Positions 16,990-26,700 of a stretch of 64,000 nucleotides of DNA are shown here, in pieces. Origin of the DNA: Candidatus Vogelbacteria bacterium. GTDB taxonomy: Bacteria > Patescibacteriota > Minisyncoccia > Phycocordibacterales > XYD1-FULL-46-19. A program made the translations under genes and the position numbers. A model generated the notes under the pieces. It was not told where the DNA came from. It did not search any database and saw only the letters and a program-made list of their open reading frames with translations. The stretch is taken from contig CAIRHC010000007.1 of assembly GCA_903878275.1 (NCBI GenBank), positions 8,727 to 72,726 on the forward strand. The letters run 5' to 3'. The first letter of the stretch is position 1. Every line of letters begins with the position of its first letter.

Positions 16990-18048
16990 TCAGAGTGACT
17001 CTAAGAACTCAAAAACTTTTTCATTAATAATCAGATTTCCCGCATAGGATTTCAGCCGTCTTTCGTCTACTGTCGGATATTGTTTTTTCAAATAATCAAC
17101 TTCACGTTCCAATTCTTCTTCTGGTGCTCCAATTTGTTCGGTGCGAGCAATTTCATTTAAAATCAGACTAACCTCTACTCGGTACTTAGCGTCTTTGTCC
17201 CAGCCGGTCATCAATTCATCGCGAGTTTTTTTGAGATGATTTAGATAATCGTCAAAATTCAAACCCATTTGACCGATCTGCCCTTCCATTTCTGCCATCA
17301 TTTTGTCTTTTTCGGCCTCAACCAAAATTTTCGGGATAATCATTTCCGATTTTTTGTTTATTTCATCGACAATTTTCAAGCGTTTTTTCTCTTTGGCGCG
17401 ATATTTTTTTTCTAAATCAAGATTTTCTTGAACCTTTGCTTTCAATTCGTCGAGAGTTTGAAATTGTCCGAGAGCCTTGGCAAAATCATCATTTAATTCA
17501 GGCAATTCGCCAGCCGGGGAAGGTTCGTGATCACATTTTTCACCTTCTTTGTGTTCGTGTTCGGCGTGACTATTTGTGGCACGTTGTTTGCGTAAATTTT
17601 CCAAAACATCACTTATCTCTTGATCGGTAATTTTAATTTCTTCGGCTTTTTCGCTATTCACCTCTTTGGCGATAGTTTTGTAGTCAGCCAAAGTTATCTT
17701 TGGCATCGTGGCGGTCTTTATTTTAAAACCGAGTGGATTATCTTTGGCTAGTTTGGTAATCGAGACTTCTGGTCGCCCAATAGCGTCGATTTTATGGTCA
17801 CTTAAAATATCGGGATAAATTTGACCGATGGCAATTTCACCCATTTCCAGCAATATTTTTTCTTCGCCGACTTTTTCCACCAAAACTTTTTCTGGAATAT
17901 GACCTTTGCGAAAGCCGTCAATTTGGGCATTTTCACCTAAATTCTTAATCGCTTTGGCTCGAAAAGTCGCAAAATCTTCGCTATTTAATTCGCCGACAAT
18001 TTCAATTTCGGCATCTCCAATTTTATTTATTTTAATATCTGGCTTCAT
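16990..18048 (-). CDS. tig: Trigger factor, short form that apparently lacks the PPIase domain
   Basis: N-terminal ribosome-binding signature GFRKGHIPEKV; after LENLRKQRAT the sequence passes directly into C-domain-like helices (ELPELNDDFAKALG...), with no FKBP-like segment; 352 aa versus about 430 aa typical. Confidence 0.8.
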   Translation of the reverse strand: MKPDIKINKIGDAEIEIVGELNSEDFATFRAKAIKNLGENAQIDGFRKGHIPEKVLVEKVGEEKILLEMGEIAIGQIYPDILSDHKIDAIGRPEVSITKLAKDNPLGFKIKTATMPKITLADYKTIAKEVNSEKAEEIKITDQEISDVLENLRKQRATNSHAEHEHKEGEKCDHEPSPAGELPELNDDFAKALGQFQTLDELKAKVQENLDLEKKYRAKEKKRLKIVDEINKKSEMIIPKILVEAEKDKMMAEMEGQIGQMGLNFDDYLNHLKKTRDELMTGWDKDAKYRVEVSLILNEIARTEQIGAPEEELEREVDYLKKQYPTVDERRLKSYAGNLIINEKVFEFLESL

Positions 18049-18051
18049 ATT

Positions 18052-18276
18052 TTATTCTGCTGGCGTAACTTCTGGTGAGGTTGTCGCTTCAATATTATTT
18101 TGGATAATTTCCGGATTTTTTTCGGTCGGAGTTACCTCGGAAGGTGGAGGAGTTGTCGGGCTAGTCGGGGCGACACCACCGTTGATGCCGTAAAACCAAA
18201 ACCAGCCACCAAAAAAGAGGATGGCGACAACGAGCGTAATAATAATGATTGGACCTTGAACGTCTTTGTTTTCCAT
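18052..18276 (-). CDS. Small membrane protein with Pro/Thr-rich tail
   Basis: One TM helix (IIIITLVVAILFFGGWFWFY) then a PTSPTTPPPSEVTPTEK tail. Confidence 0.4.
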   Translation of the reverse strand: MENKDVQGPIIIITLVVAILFFGGWFWFYGINGGVAPTSPTTPPPSEVTPTEKNPEIIQNNIEATTSPEVTPAE

Positions 18277-18339
18277 ATGATTTTACTTGGGCGAACATCC
18301 CGAAGGGATGTTTTAGCCTAGAATTAAACTATTAATTTT

Positions 18340-18960
18340 TTAAATAGCGTCTTTGATCGCCTTGTGAGCCTGACCAATTTCTTGATTGGCAATACGGATA
18401 TTTTTCACTGTATCTTTCACTAGTTCTTTTAGTTGTTTTAAGGTAATTGCTGATTTTGTTGGTTTTGAAGCTCCGTCTCTGGCGGAAATTATAACCAAAT
18501 TATTCTCGGCTTTTTCGATGGCTTCTCTGGCGGTATTCAAATGATTCGTCACTTCGGTTTTTTGGATTTGAGTTAGTGGTGAGCTGGTCGCTAGATTTTC
18601 GACTAATAGATAGTAGTTTTCAATTTTAATGATTGAAGTTTCCAAATTACTACCCATCATTCTGGAGTAACCATTGGCTTGAGTGTTGCCCCAAGCGTTA
18701 AACTTATTTTGCCAATAAGCTAGGCGATTGGTTAAAGCGGTTTTTTCTCGGCTCCAAAAATTTGGTTTGGCGACAAAAGTCGTACTGCTGGCTGGGTAAC
18801 CAAGCGTGGTAAAGCTGTTGGTTGGAACTTCTTCCGCCATAGACAAAACTGGCGAGAGGATAGCCAAGAGAATGATAATTTTTAGGGTTGTTTTTGACAC
18901 CCCGTCAGAAAAACACCCATCAGGGTAGCTATATTTACTGCTGTTTGATTTGCACATCAT
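18340..18960 (-). CDS. Hypothetical secreted protein
   Basis: Signal-like hydrophobic stretch IIILLAILSPVLSMA; start codon uncertain. Confidence 0.5.
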   Translation of the reverse strand: MMCKSNSSKYSYPDGCFSDGVSKTTLKIIILLAILSPVLSMAEEVPTNSFTTLGYPASSTTFVAKPNFWSREKTALTNRLAYWQNKFNAWGNTQANGYSRMMGSNLETSIIKIENYYLLVENLATSSPLTQIQKTEVTNHLNTAREAIEKAENNLVIISARDGASKPTKSAITLKQLKELVKDTVKNIRIANQEIGQAHKAIKDAI

Positions 18961-19061
18961 ATTTTTGTTGGTTTTTTAAATTTAGCTTCTAACGGGGCAA
19001 GTATTTTCAGTGTAAACCTTTTGCAGGATAATACAACAATAGGGTTGGTTTGGGAAGAGGC

Positions 19062-19097
19062 AAACCGCCCGCCCCGCTTTTGGCGGGGCGGGCGGTT
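19062..19097 (-). terminator. Terminator downstream of hppA
   Basis: AACCGCCCGCCCCGC-TTTT-GCGGGGCGGGCGGTT, GC-rich 15-bp stem. Confidence 0.75.
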
Positions 19098-19109
19098 AAT
19101 CCCACCTTC

Positions 19110-21116
19110 CTAACCCATCAAACTCACCAACAAGCCAACCATCAACAAAGCTACAATGTTTAAAATCTTAATCATCGGGTTGATCGCCGGACCAGCGGTA
19201 TCTTTGTAGGGATCACCGACAGTATCACCGGTCACCGCTGCTTTGTGAGCGTCCGAACCTTTACCACCGTGATTTCCTAATTCAATATATTTTTTGGCGT
19301 TATCCCAAGCGCCACCACCAGAGGTCATCGAGACTGCCAGGAAGAAGCCCGTGATTATAGAGCCAACTAGGAGGCCTCCAAGGGCAACTGGGCCCAAGAT
19401 TAAGCCGACAAGAATAGGCGTAAGCACCGGAATAAGAGCTGGAACAATCATTTGGCGAATTGCCGCCACCGTCACGATGTCCACACACTTAGCGTAATCC
19501 GGTTTGCCGGTACCAGCCATAATGCCGGGAATTTCGCGGAATTGTCGTCGGACTTCGTCCACAATTTTGCCAGCCGATTTGCCAACTGCCTCCATACATA
19601 GAGCGGCGAAATAATAAGGCAAAAGACCGCCGATAAACAAACCGACAATCACATAAGGATCATTCAAGCTAAAAGTTAATTCTTTGCCAAGAGTAATAAA
19701 TTCTTGAGCATAAGCCGCAAACAAAACCAACGCCGCGAGAGCCGCCGAACCAATAGCGTAACCCTTGGTCACGGCTTTGGTGGTGTTGCCGACCGCATCA
19801 AGCGGGTCGGTGACATTACGGACTGATTCTGGCAGCCCTGCCATTTCGGCGATACCACCAGCGTTGTCAGTGATTGGACCATAAGAATCAATCGCGACAA
19901 TAATACCGGTCATCGAGAGCATTCCCATCGCGGCAATCGCAATACCGTAAAGTTCGGCGAAATAATAAGCGGCGAGAATACCGCCGACAATTGTGACGAG
20001 CGGTAAAGCCGTTGATTTCATTGAGATGGCGAGACCTTGAATTACGTTTGTGCCGTGACCAGATTCAGAGGCTTTGGCAATCGATTTTACTGGTGCGTAT
20101 TCAGTTGAAGTAAAGTATTCTGTAATATAGACAAGCAAACCAGTGACAATCAATCCGACAATCGCACAAGCGAAAAGATCGAGGGTGTCGTAAAGACCGT
20201 TACTCGCCATCAGCCAGTTAGTCAAAGGATAAAAAGCGACAGCCGACAAGACGCCAGCGGCGATTAAACCTTTATAAAGAGCACCCATAATATTCTGGCT
20301 TTTGCCAAGACGGACAAACCAGGTGCCAACAATAGAGCAGAGGATGGCGACACCGCCAAGAGCGAGCGGATAAATCAAAGCCGATTCGTTGCCTTTGAAA
20401 AGTAAAGAGCCGAGCAACATTGTGGCAATCAAGGTCACCGCGTAAGTTTCAAATAAGTCTGCCGCCATACCGGCACAGTCTCCGACATTGTCGCCCACGT
20501 TATCGGCAATTACGGCTGGATTTCGAGGATCGTCTTCGGGGATTCCGGCTTCGACTTTGCCGACCAAGTCTGCGCCGACGTCGGCCGCCTTAGTATAAAT
20601 ACCACCACCAAGACGAGCGAAGACCGAAATTAAACTGGCGCCAAAACCAAGACCGATCAAGGCTTTGACATCACCGGTTAAAGCAAAGAAAACACTAACG
20701 CCAAGTAAAGCCAAACCGACGACCAGCAAACCAGTCACCGAGCCACCACGAAAGGCGAGTTGTAAAGCGTCATTTAAACCATTTTTCGCCGCTTCGGTGG
20801 TGCGGACATTGGTGCGAACAGAAACGTTCATTCCCACATAACCAGCTAGAGCCGAGAAGACGGCACCGATGACGAAACCTAAAGCGGTAACTGGACCGAG
20901 AGCCAGCCATAAAATCGCAAACAAAATCACCGCAATACCGGCAATAGTTTTGTATTGACGATTCAAATAAGCACTGGCACCTTCTTGGATTGCCAAAGCA
21001 ATTTCTTGCATTTTGGCGTCGCCAGCTGGGCGTTTGATAATAAGGCTAATCAGGACTAGTCCGTAAGCGATAGCGATTAACGAACTGCCGATAGCAAACC
21101 AGATGTAGATACTCAT
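19110..21116 (-). CDS. hppA: Membrane-bound proton-translocating pyrophosphatase (H+-PPase)
   Basis: 668 aa polytopic; signature [19 protein letters not shown] and [19 protein letters not shown]. Confidence 0.95.
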   Translation of the reverse strand: MSIYIWFAIGSSLIAIAYGLVLISLIIKRPAGDAKMQEIALAIQEGASAYLNRQYKTIAGIAVILFAILWLALGPVTALGFVIGAVFSALAGYVGMNVSVRTNVRTTEAAKNGLNDALQLAFRGGSVTGLLVVGLALLGVSVFFALTGDVKALIGLGFGASLISVFARLGGGIYTKAADVGADLVGKVEAGIPEDDPRNPAVIADNVGDNVGDCAGMAADLFETYAVTLIATMLLGSLLFKGNESALIYPLALGGVAILCSIVGTWFVRLGKSQNIMGALYKGLIAAGVLSAVAFYPLTNWLMASNGLYDTLDLFACAIVGLIVTGLLVYITEYFTSTEYAPVKSIAKASESGHGTNVIQGLAISMKSTALPLVTIVGGILAAYYFAELYGIAIAAMGMLSMTGIIVAIDSYGPITDNAGGIAEMAGLPESVRNVTDPLDAVGNTTKAVTKGYAIGSAALAALVLFAAYAQEFITLGKELTFSLNDPYVIVGLFIGGLLPYYFAALCMEAVGKSAGKIVDEVRRQFREIPGIMAGTGKPDYAKCVDIVTVAAIRQMIVPALIPVLTPILVGLILGPVALGGLLVGSIITGFFLAVSMTSGGGAWDNAKKYIELGNHGGKGSDAHKAAVTGDTVGDPYKDTAGPAINPMIKILNIVALLMVGLLVSLMG

Positions 21117-21247
21117 AGATTATGTTTGTTAAAAAGTGATTATAATTTGATAATAAATAATGGCTGTATCATAGCATATTTTCATAAATTGGCTAGGAAG
21201 TAATACTTCTTGTTTATTTTTGGTTATACGAATGGTAAAATTAAAAA

Positions 21248-21640
21248 ATGGAACAAAAATTTGATTTGTGGAATGAAATAAAGAAAAAAATTGACAGCGA
21301 AGACAATCTCACCGAACGATTTCCAAAAGAAGGTGAGGTCTGGATGAGCTCGTTGGGAAAAAATGTCGGTTTTGAACAAAATGGTTCCAATGACAACTTT
21401 TCTCGTCCCGTTTTGATAATAAAAAAGTTTAATAATCAGATGTTCTGGACTATTCCATTGTCTACCAAAAAGAAAGCCTTTGATTTTTACCACAACTATA
21501 CCGATCCTAGCGGAGAGAAGGTGTCAGCAATCTTGGCTCAACTGAAGTTGTCAAGTGTTAAAAGATTAAAAAGAAAAATTTATGATTTACCAAGCCAGCA
21601 ACTCCCAGAAATTAAAGAAAAATTGAAAAAATTTCTCTAA
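21248..21640 (+). CDS. MazF/PemK/EndoA-family endoribonuclease toxin homolog with about 25-aa N-terminal extension; no cognate antitoxin gene
   Basis: GEVWMSSLGKNVGFEQNGSNDNFSRPVLIIKK...IPLSTKK...AQLKLSSVKRLKRKIYDLPSQQLPEIKEKLKKFL aligns with B. subtilis EndoA ([28 protein letters not shown]...ITAQ...EQIRTIDKQRLTDKITHLDDEMMDKVDEAL); paralog at 31212. Confidence 0.65.
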   Translation: MEQKFDLWNEIKKKIDSEDNLTERFPKEGEVWMSSLGKNVGFEQNGSNDNFSRPVLIIKKFNNQMFWTIPLSTKKKAFDFYHNYTDPSGEKVSAILAQLKLSSVKRLKRKIYDLPSQQLPEIKEKLKKFL

Positions 21641-21682
21641 AATTCGAAACCCCGCCAATTGTGGCGGGGTTTCTCGGAGCCT
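21641..21682 (+). terminator. Terminator AAACCCCGCC-AATT-GTGGCGGGGTTTCTCGGAG; the same motif family recurs at 33346-33386
   Basis: Hairpin plus T-run; near-identical framework (AAACCCC...GGGGTTTCTCGGAG) at 33346-33386. Confidence 0.6.
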
Positions 21683-21733
21683 TACGGCACTTTATATTCA
21701 AAGAATATCAATTATAAAGGAAAAGTCAAGTTT

Positions 21734-22909
21734 TTACACTGGCTCCCCATCAATGACTTCCGCAATTTCTTCACCTTTTTCTTCAATCGCCTCGCCTTCT
21801 GGCGTGCTGATATCAATTTTCCAGCCGGTCAATTTAGCAGCGAGGCGAGCATTTTGACCACCTTTGCCGACGGCGAGCGAAAATTGATCGGGGCTGACCG
21901 AAATTTGAGCCTCGTGATTTTCTTCGTCTAATTCAATACTCAAAACTTTGGCTGGTGAGAGAGCATTGCTGATGAAAGTTTTGGCATCGTCTGACCATTC
22001 GGTAATATCAATTTTTTCACCACCCAATTCGCTGATGACGGTCGAAACACGAGCGCCTTTTTGTCCGACACAAGAACCAACCGGGTCAATGCTGGGATTG
22101 TTGGAAGCGACGGCAATCTTGGTACGGGCGCCGGCCTCGCGGGCGATAGATTTTATTTCTACAATACCGCTGGCAATTTCTGGGGCTTCAGTTTCAAAAA
22201 GCTTGGCAATAAATTTCGGATGCGAACGAGACAGTCTCAAATTTATGCCACGTGGCGTTTCTTCCACTTGATACAAATAAGCGCGGATTCTCTCACCTTG
22301 GCGATAAAATTCGCCAGCGATCTGATCTTCGCGTAAAATAATCCCAATTGCCCGTCCCAAATCGACAAAGACATTCCCGCGGTCAATTTTTTGCACCGTG
22401 CCATTCATAATTTGCCCTTCTTTTTCTTTGTATTCTTCGAGCGTGGTCTCTTTTTCGGCTTCACGGATACGCTGAATGATCACTTGTTTGGCAGTTTGGG
22501 CGGCAATTCGTCCGTAATCGTCTTGGGTGTCGAGTGGAAAAATAATTTCATCATCCACCTGCGAGTCTTTTTTCATCTTTCGAGCGTCTTCGACGGTCAT
22601 ATGGTGCTCGTCATTAAAGCGCGGCCGAAGATCTTTTTCCTCGCCATCTTCTTCGTTTTCGTCCTCATTCTCCAATTCCTCCGGCATTTTGACGGTTGTC
22701 TCGTCGGCAACAATCTTGATTTGGCTAAAATCTACCTTTCCGCTGTCAACATCAAAATGCGCCCGAATAATCTGACCTTTTTTGCCGTAGTCTTTTTTGT
22801 AAGCGGCGACCAAAGCATCTTCGATCGCTTCGATAATTCGCTGTCTTGGAATGTGTTTTTCTTCCTCAAGCTGTTCCAAACCAGCTTTTAGGGCTTTTAA
22901 ATCCATCAT
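21734..22909 (-). CDS. nusA: Transcription termination/antitermination factor NusA (start moved to MMDLKAL at 22909)
   Basis: N-terminal LEQLEEEKHIPRQRIIEAIEDALVAAYKK, an S1 domain, two KH domains (GSCVGQKGARVSTVISELGGEKIDI); the ORF-track N-terminal extension overlaps a 40-bp palindrome and is unlikely to be coding. Confidence 0.9.
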   Translation of the reverse strand: MMDLKALKAGLEQLEEEKHIPRQRIIEAIEDALVAAYKKDYGKKGQIIRAHFDVDSGKVDFSQIKIVADETTVKMPEELENEDENEEDGEEKDLRPRFNDEHHMTVEDARKMKKDSQVDDEIIFPLDTQDDYGRIAAQTAKQVIIQRIREAEKETTLEEYKEKEGQIMNGTVQKIDRGNVFVDLGRAIGIILREDQIAGEFYRQGERIRAYLYQVEETPRGINLRLSRSHPKFIAKLFETEAPEIASGIVEIKSIAREAGARTKIAVASNNPSIDPVGSCVGQKGARVSTVISELGGEKIDITEWSDDAKTFISNALSPAKVLSIELDEENHEAQISVSPDQFSLAVGKGGQNARLAAKLTGWKIDISTPEGEAIEEKGEEIAEVIDGEPV

Positions 22910-22921
22910 AATTTTGCTTGG

Positions 22922-22961
22922 GCGCCCGGTTTTTCTTGAAAATTCAAGAAAAACCGGGCGC
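22922..22961. promoter_or_regulatory. Perfect 18-bp-arm palindrome immediately upstream of nusA
   Basis: GCGCCCGGTTTTTCTTGA-AAATT-TCAAGAAAAACCGGGCGC; 13 nt upstream of the proposed nusA start. Confidence 0.5.
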
Positions 22962-23291
22962 ATCCTATTTTATTAATTAATAATAGTGTCTATTTAAAAA
23001 AATGACCCGGTTGCAGTGAGCAATCAGGATTAAATACATGGTAAACTTTGAAAGTGAATTTGTCAATTTGGTTAATAAAAAAATTTTTTAAAAATACTCG
23101 GAATTTTTGCTTGCAAAAATTCCGAGTATTTCCTTTTCCAAAAAGTTATCAACAGTTTTAAAGAAATTTATTTTCGGTGCTGTCAATTTTATTGTATAAT
23201 AAAAACAAACTAAAAAGCGTTCTGCGAAATCTTTTTTTGTGTAATAAAATTATTATTAATAAATAACATAAAGCTAAAACATTCCTTTGGA

Positions 23292-23669
23292 ATGTTCGCT
23301 AAAAAAATTATGGATCAATTAGCTCCTTCGGTTCCATCCGAAAATGGGACAAAAAAAATCACTATTATTAGTGTCGTGGTTATTGTGTTACTTCTGGTCG
23401 TTGCTTTTGTACTTCTTTCAACTGGTGGTAATCAATCAGCTCCGGGTATCACTACTGGTGGTGCTCAAAAGATGACCGATGCCCAGCGTCAAGCGATTAT
23501 GGATTCATTAGCCAAGTCCGCCGCGACCGCGCCAAAAATGACCGACAAAGAACGCACCGCCATTATGGACTCACTGGCCAAGTCCGCTGCAACTGCGCCA
23601 AAAATGACCGACGCCGAACGTCAAGCCATTATGGATTCACTCGCCAAGTCCGCTGCCTCGGCTCAATAA
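23292..23669 (+). CDS. Small N-terminally anchored protein with three tandem 22-aa repeats (KMTD.[QE]R.AIMDSLAKSAA.AP)
   Basis: TM helix ITIISVVVIVLLLVVAFVLL, then three 66-bp tandem repeats (23469-23666) that differ mostly at synonymous positions. Confidence 0.6.
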   Translation: MFAKKIMDQLAPSVPSENGTKKITIISVVVIVLLLVVAFVLLSTGGNQSAPGITTGGAQKMTDAQRQAIMDSLAKSAATAPKMTDKERTAIMDSLAKSAATAPKMTDAERQAIMDSLAKSAASAQ

Positions 23670-23767
23670 ATATTATAAATAAACCCGCCGAAATTTTTCC
23701 CAAAAAAATTTCGGCGGCCAATCATCCCAAACATTAAAAACTAATCATTAAACATTAACCAACAACT

Positions 23768-26700
23768 ATGTCAAAATATCAAAAACTTATCCCAACCCTA
23801 AAAATGCTTCTCTTGGTCGTGGCCTTGCTGGCTAGTAGTACGGTGGCTCTGGCTGACTACTCTGCACCGACAGACTCGCCACCAACCTGTAATCCAAATA
23901 CTCCGGGCTGTTTGGTTCCGATAAATGTTGGGACAAGTTCGGCAAGCTCACAAGAAAAGAAGGGATTGTTGAGTCTTGGTGTTTTGAGTTTGATAAGTGG
24001 TTACGTTGATACAACACTGGAAGCTGCAAAAAATATGGTCGCAACGATTGTTTCTGATACCACCTCTTTGAATATTTTTGGTAGAGGCACTTTTCCTAAT
24101 CGAGTAACAAAGGTTTGGGACAACCTTTGGGTTACTGGCACTGCCTCTTCGACAAATGTCGTAACCACAAATCTCTATGCAACAAGCACGTACGCCACTC
24201 ACTATTATTGTGCCGATGGTGGTACAACTTGTGGAATAGGTGGTACCGCTGGCGTAAAAACAATAACTGGTAATACTGGTATTACCGCATCCTCTCCTGA
24301 TTCGTCTGGTAATGTCAATTTGACAAACACTGGAATCGTCGGAATAGAACCTGGTAATGGTATCGAAGTCTCCTCAAAAGATTCTAACGGTAAAGTGACC
24401 ATAACAAACAAAAATCCGAATGCTGGTGTTTCTCAAATAACTAGCACGGGTGGTACGGTGAAAATTACCCCAACCGATGGTGGGGGGAAAGGGATTGTTA
24501 ATCTTGAGGTTGATCCTACTAAAATCGTTACCGGAGTTTCTGGCTTAAAGAAAAGTGGTAGCATAACCTTGACTGGAACTGAAACTGACGGTGTGTACAC
24601 TGGCGAAGTCACGATCGGAGGCGGAGGTCCCGGCGAATCTGTCTGGGTTCCAAACTATAATGATCCTGATCAACAGGGGCATATTGGTGTTAATTATCCG
24701 GCAGGTGCTGTCGGCATCGGTGAACATAGCCCAAATCACCAACTAGAGTTGGGAACCAATTTTACTGGTTCCACAGCTGCGCAGGACGAGTTGTTCGGCG
24801 ATATGATGGCCTCTTTTCTCGTGCTTAATTATTTTGAGACCAACCCGATAAGTAGTGTTGCTTCGAGCCGTGTAATAAATGCTCTCTATTCTGTCAAAAG
24901 AGCTGGTACAGATGGAAATACTCCACCATATAAACAAACTGATCTATATTTTAACGAAAACAAAGTTGCCACGAATGAAAATATAAATAATATCATTCAG
25001 GAATGTATCAATGCTGGCAGTTGTTCAAGTTTTGGCGACAATCTATGGTCAGTTTCAACCGACGCCAACGGTAAAAAGACAATGGCTCCGAACGGTAATC
25101 CCGATATTATAAGTCTCGGCACTGTAAATACTGGTGAATTAGGTGCTACCGACATTAAAACTATCGGCGGTGGCTTAGGCAATATTACCGCTGGACGTTA
25201 TGTTTATGCCAATCAAGGACTTTACCTTGGAAAACCGGATCCGAGTGTGCTTGGACAAAGCTCTGTCAGTCAGCTTATTGGTGATGAAAGGATTCTAAAG
25301 TGGGAAGATAGTCCGGTTTTGACTTTAAAAAACTATGCTGATTATATTACCAATTTGGGCGATAACTCTTGGATTGTTGGAGATGGTACTATTTCTCTAA
25401 AAACTCCAGCAAATAAAGTTAACATCGACTCAAAAGACATCACTATCGGTAAAATGACAGCTGACAACGTTTCCGATGGCACAGTCACTGTTCTTAGCAA
25501 TCTTGTAACAAAGAATATAGACACACCTAATGATATTACTGCTGGGAACATCAATGCTGTTTACGATGTTAAAGCAAACAGAGTTATAACTGGCCAAGAT
25601 CTTCAACTTGGTCTCGCCAACTCGATCATCCGTCAACAAAAAATTGGTGACACTGACGCTTCAGCTTTGACATTCTTAACTGGCGGACAAGCTGCCGCCA
25701 ACATTTATTCTGGCGGTCTATCTGTCGCCACTCAATACACCGCGGCGTCAATTCCTCCAAACAAAGGTGCTTATATCGAAGGTTCTGTCGGCATCGGCAC
25801 ACAGCCAGCTACCGATATGAAACTCGACGTTGTTGGTAATATCAAAGCCTCGGATAAAGTATTAGCTTCAAATCTATGTACCGTAGATGGGGCAAATTGT
25901 AAATCAACCGGAGATATTATAAACAATTTCGGCGGCACCAACGTCTGGGAGACTTCTTCTTATCCTAATGCTGTAACTGGTCCAAACATCCAAGCTGAAT
26001 ATTCTGATGCTCGAGCTGGAAATACTGGTGTTGTCGCGAAGAATATGAACGCTCTGGGTTCTTCGGGCTTTGGAGCTATTAAGGACTATGATCCCACCAA
26101 GCAGGCACCAGGAGCGCCTTATGTCGGAGATCCTTTCCGAGATTCGATCCGCTTTATGGCTTATGGAAGTAGTATTAGCGAGGGTTTGGATTCGATAAAA
26201 AAGAGCGGTGCGGAAATAATGTCTGGTGTAAATATGACCGGCGGTTTGTCTATTACTGCTGGTGCGCCTGCCGGTGATATTCGTTTCTATGCCGGCGGAC
26301 GTAAAGCTGAAAACAGGATAATGACTCTGACGAAGGCTAATGGTAAACAATATATTCAGGCTCCTTCTGCGACCTTGGGAGTAAAGGATATTACAGCAGA
26401 CTCTGTCGGCATCGGCACAGCTGCTCCCCGTGGCAGTCTAGACATCAACAAAGGTTCAGCAATGTGGTCCAGCTACAACTATGGCAAACAGCTTGTTCTT
26501 GATGCTGGTACCGGACAAAACACCGGTATGGCAATTGTCGGAGACGATGCAAAAAGCAAAAACTGGGGAATTACCGCTGGCTCTGACGGTGAGAGCTTGA
26601 CCATAAGTGCAATGCCTAAATTAGACGATTTTAGTACACCACCCGATGGTTTTATGAGTTTTAATAGAGCAACCGGTGTCTCTTTCAACAAAAATGTCGG

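Noticed and set aside
22910-22963. N-terminal extension MRPVFLEFSRKTGRPSKI of the nusA ORF
   Set aside because: It is encoded by a perfect 40-bp palindrome (terminator or operator-like). NusA N-termini begin at the MMDLKAL-type sequence, so the start was placed at 22909.
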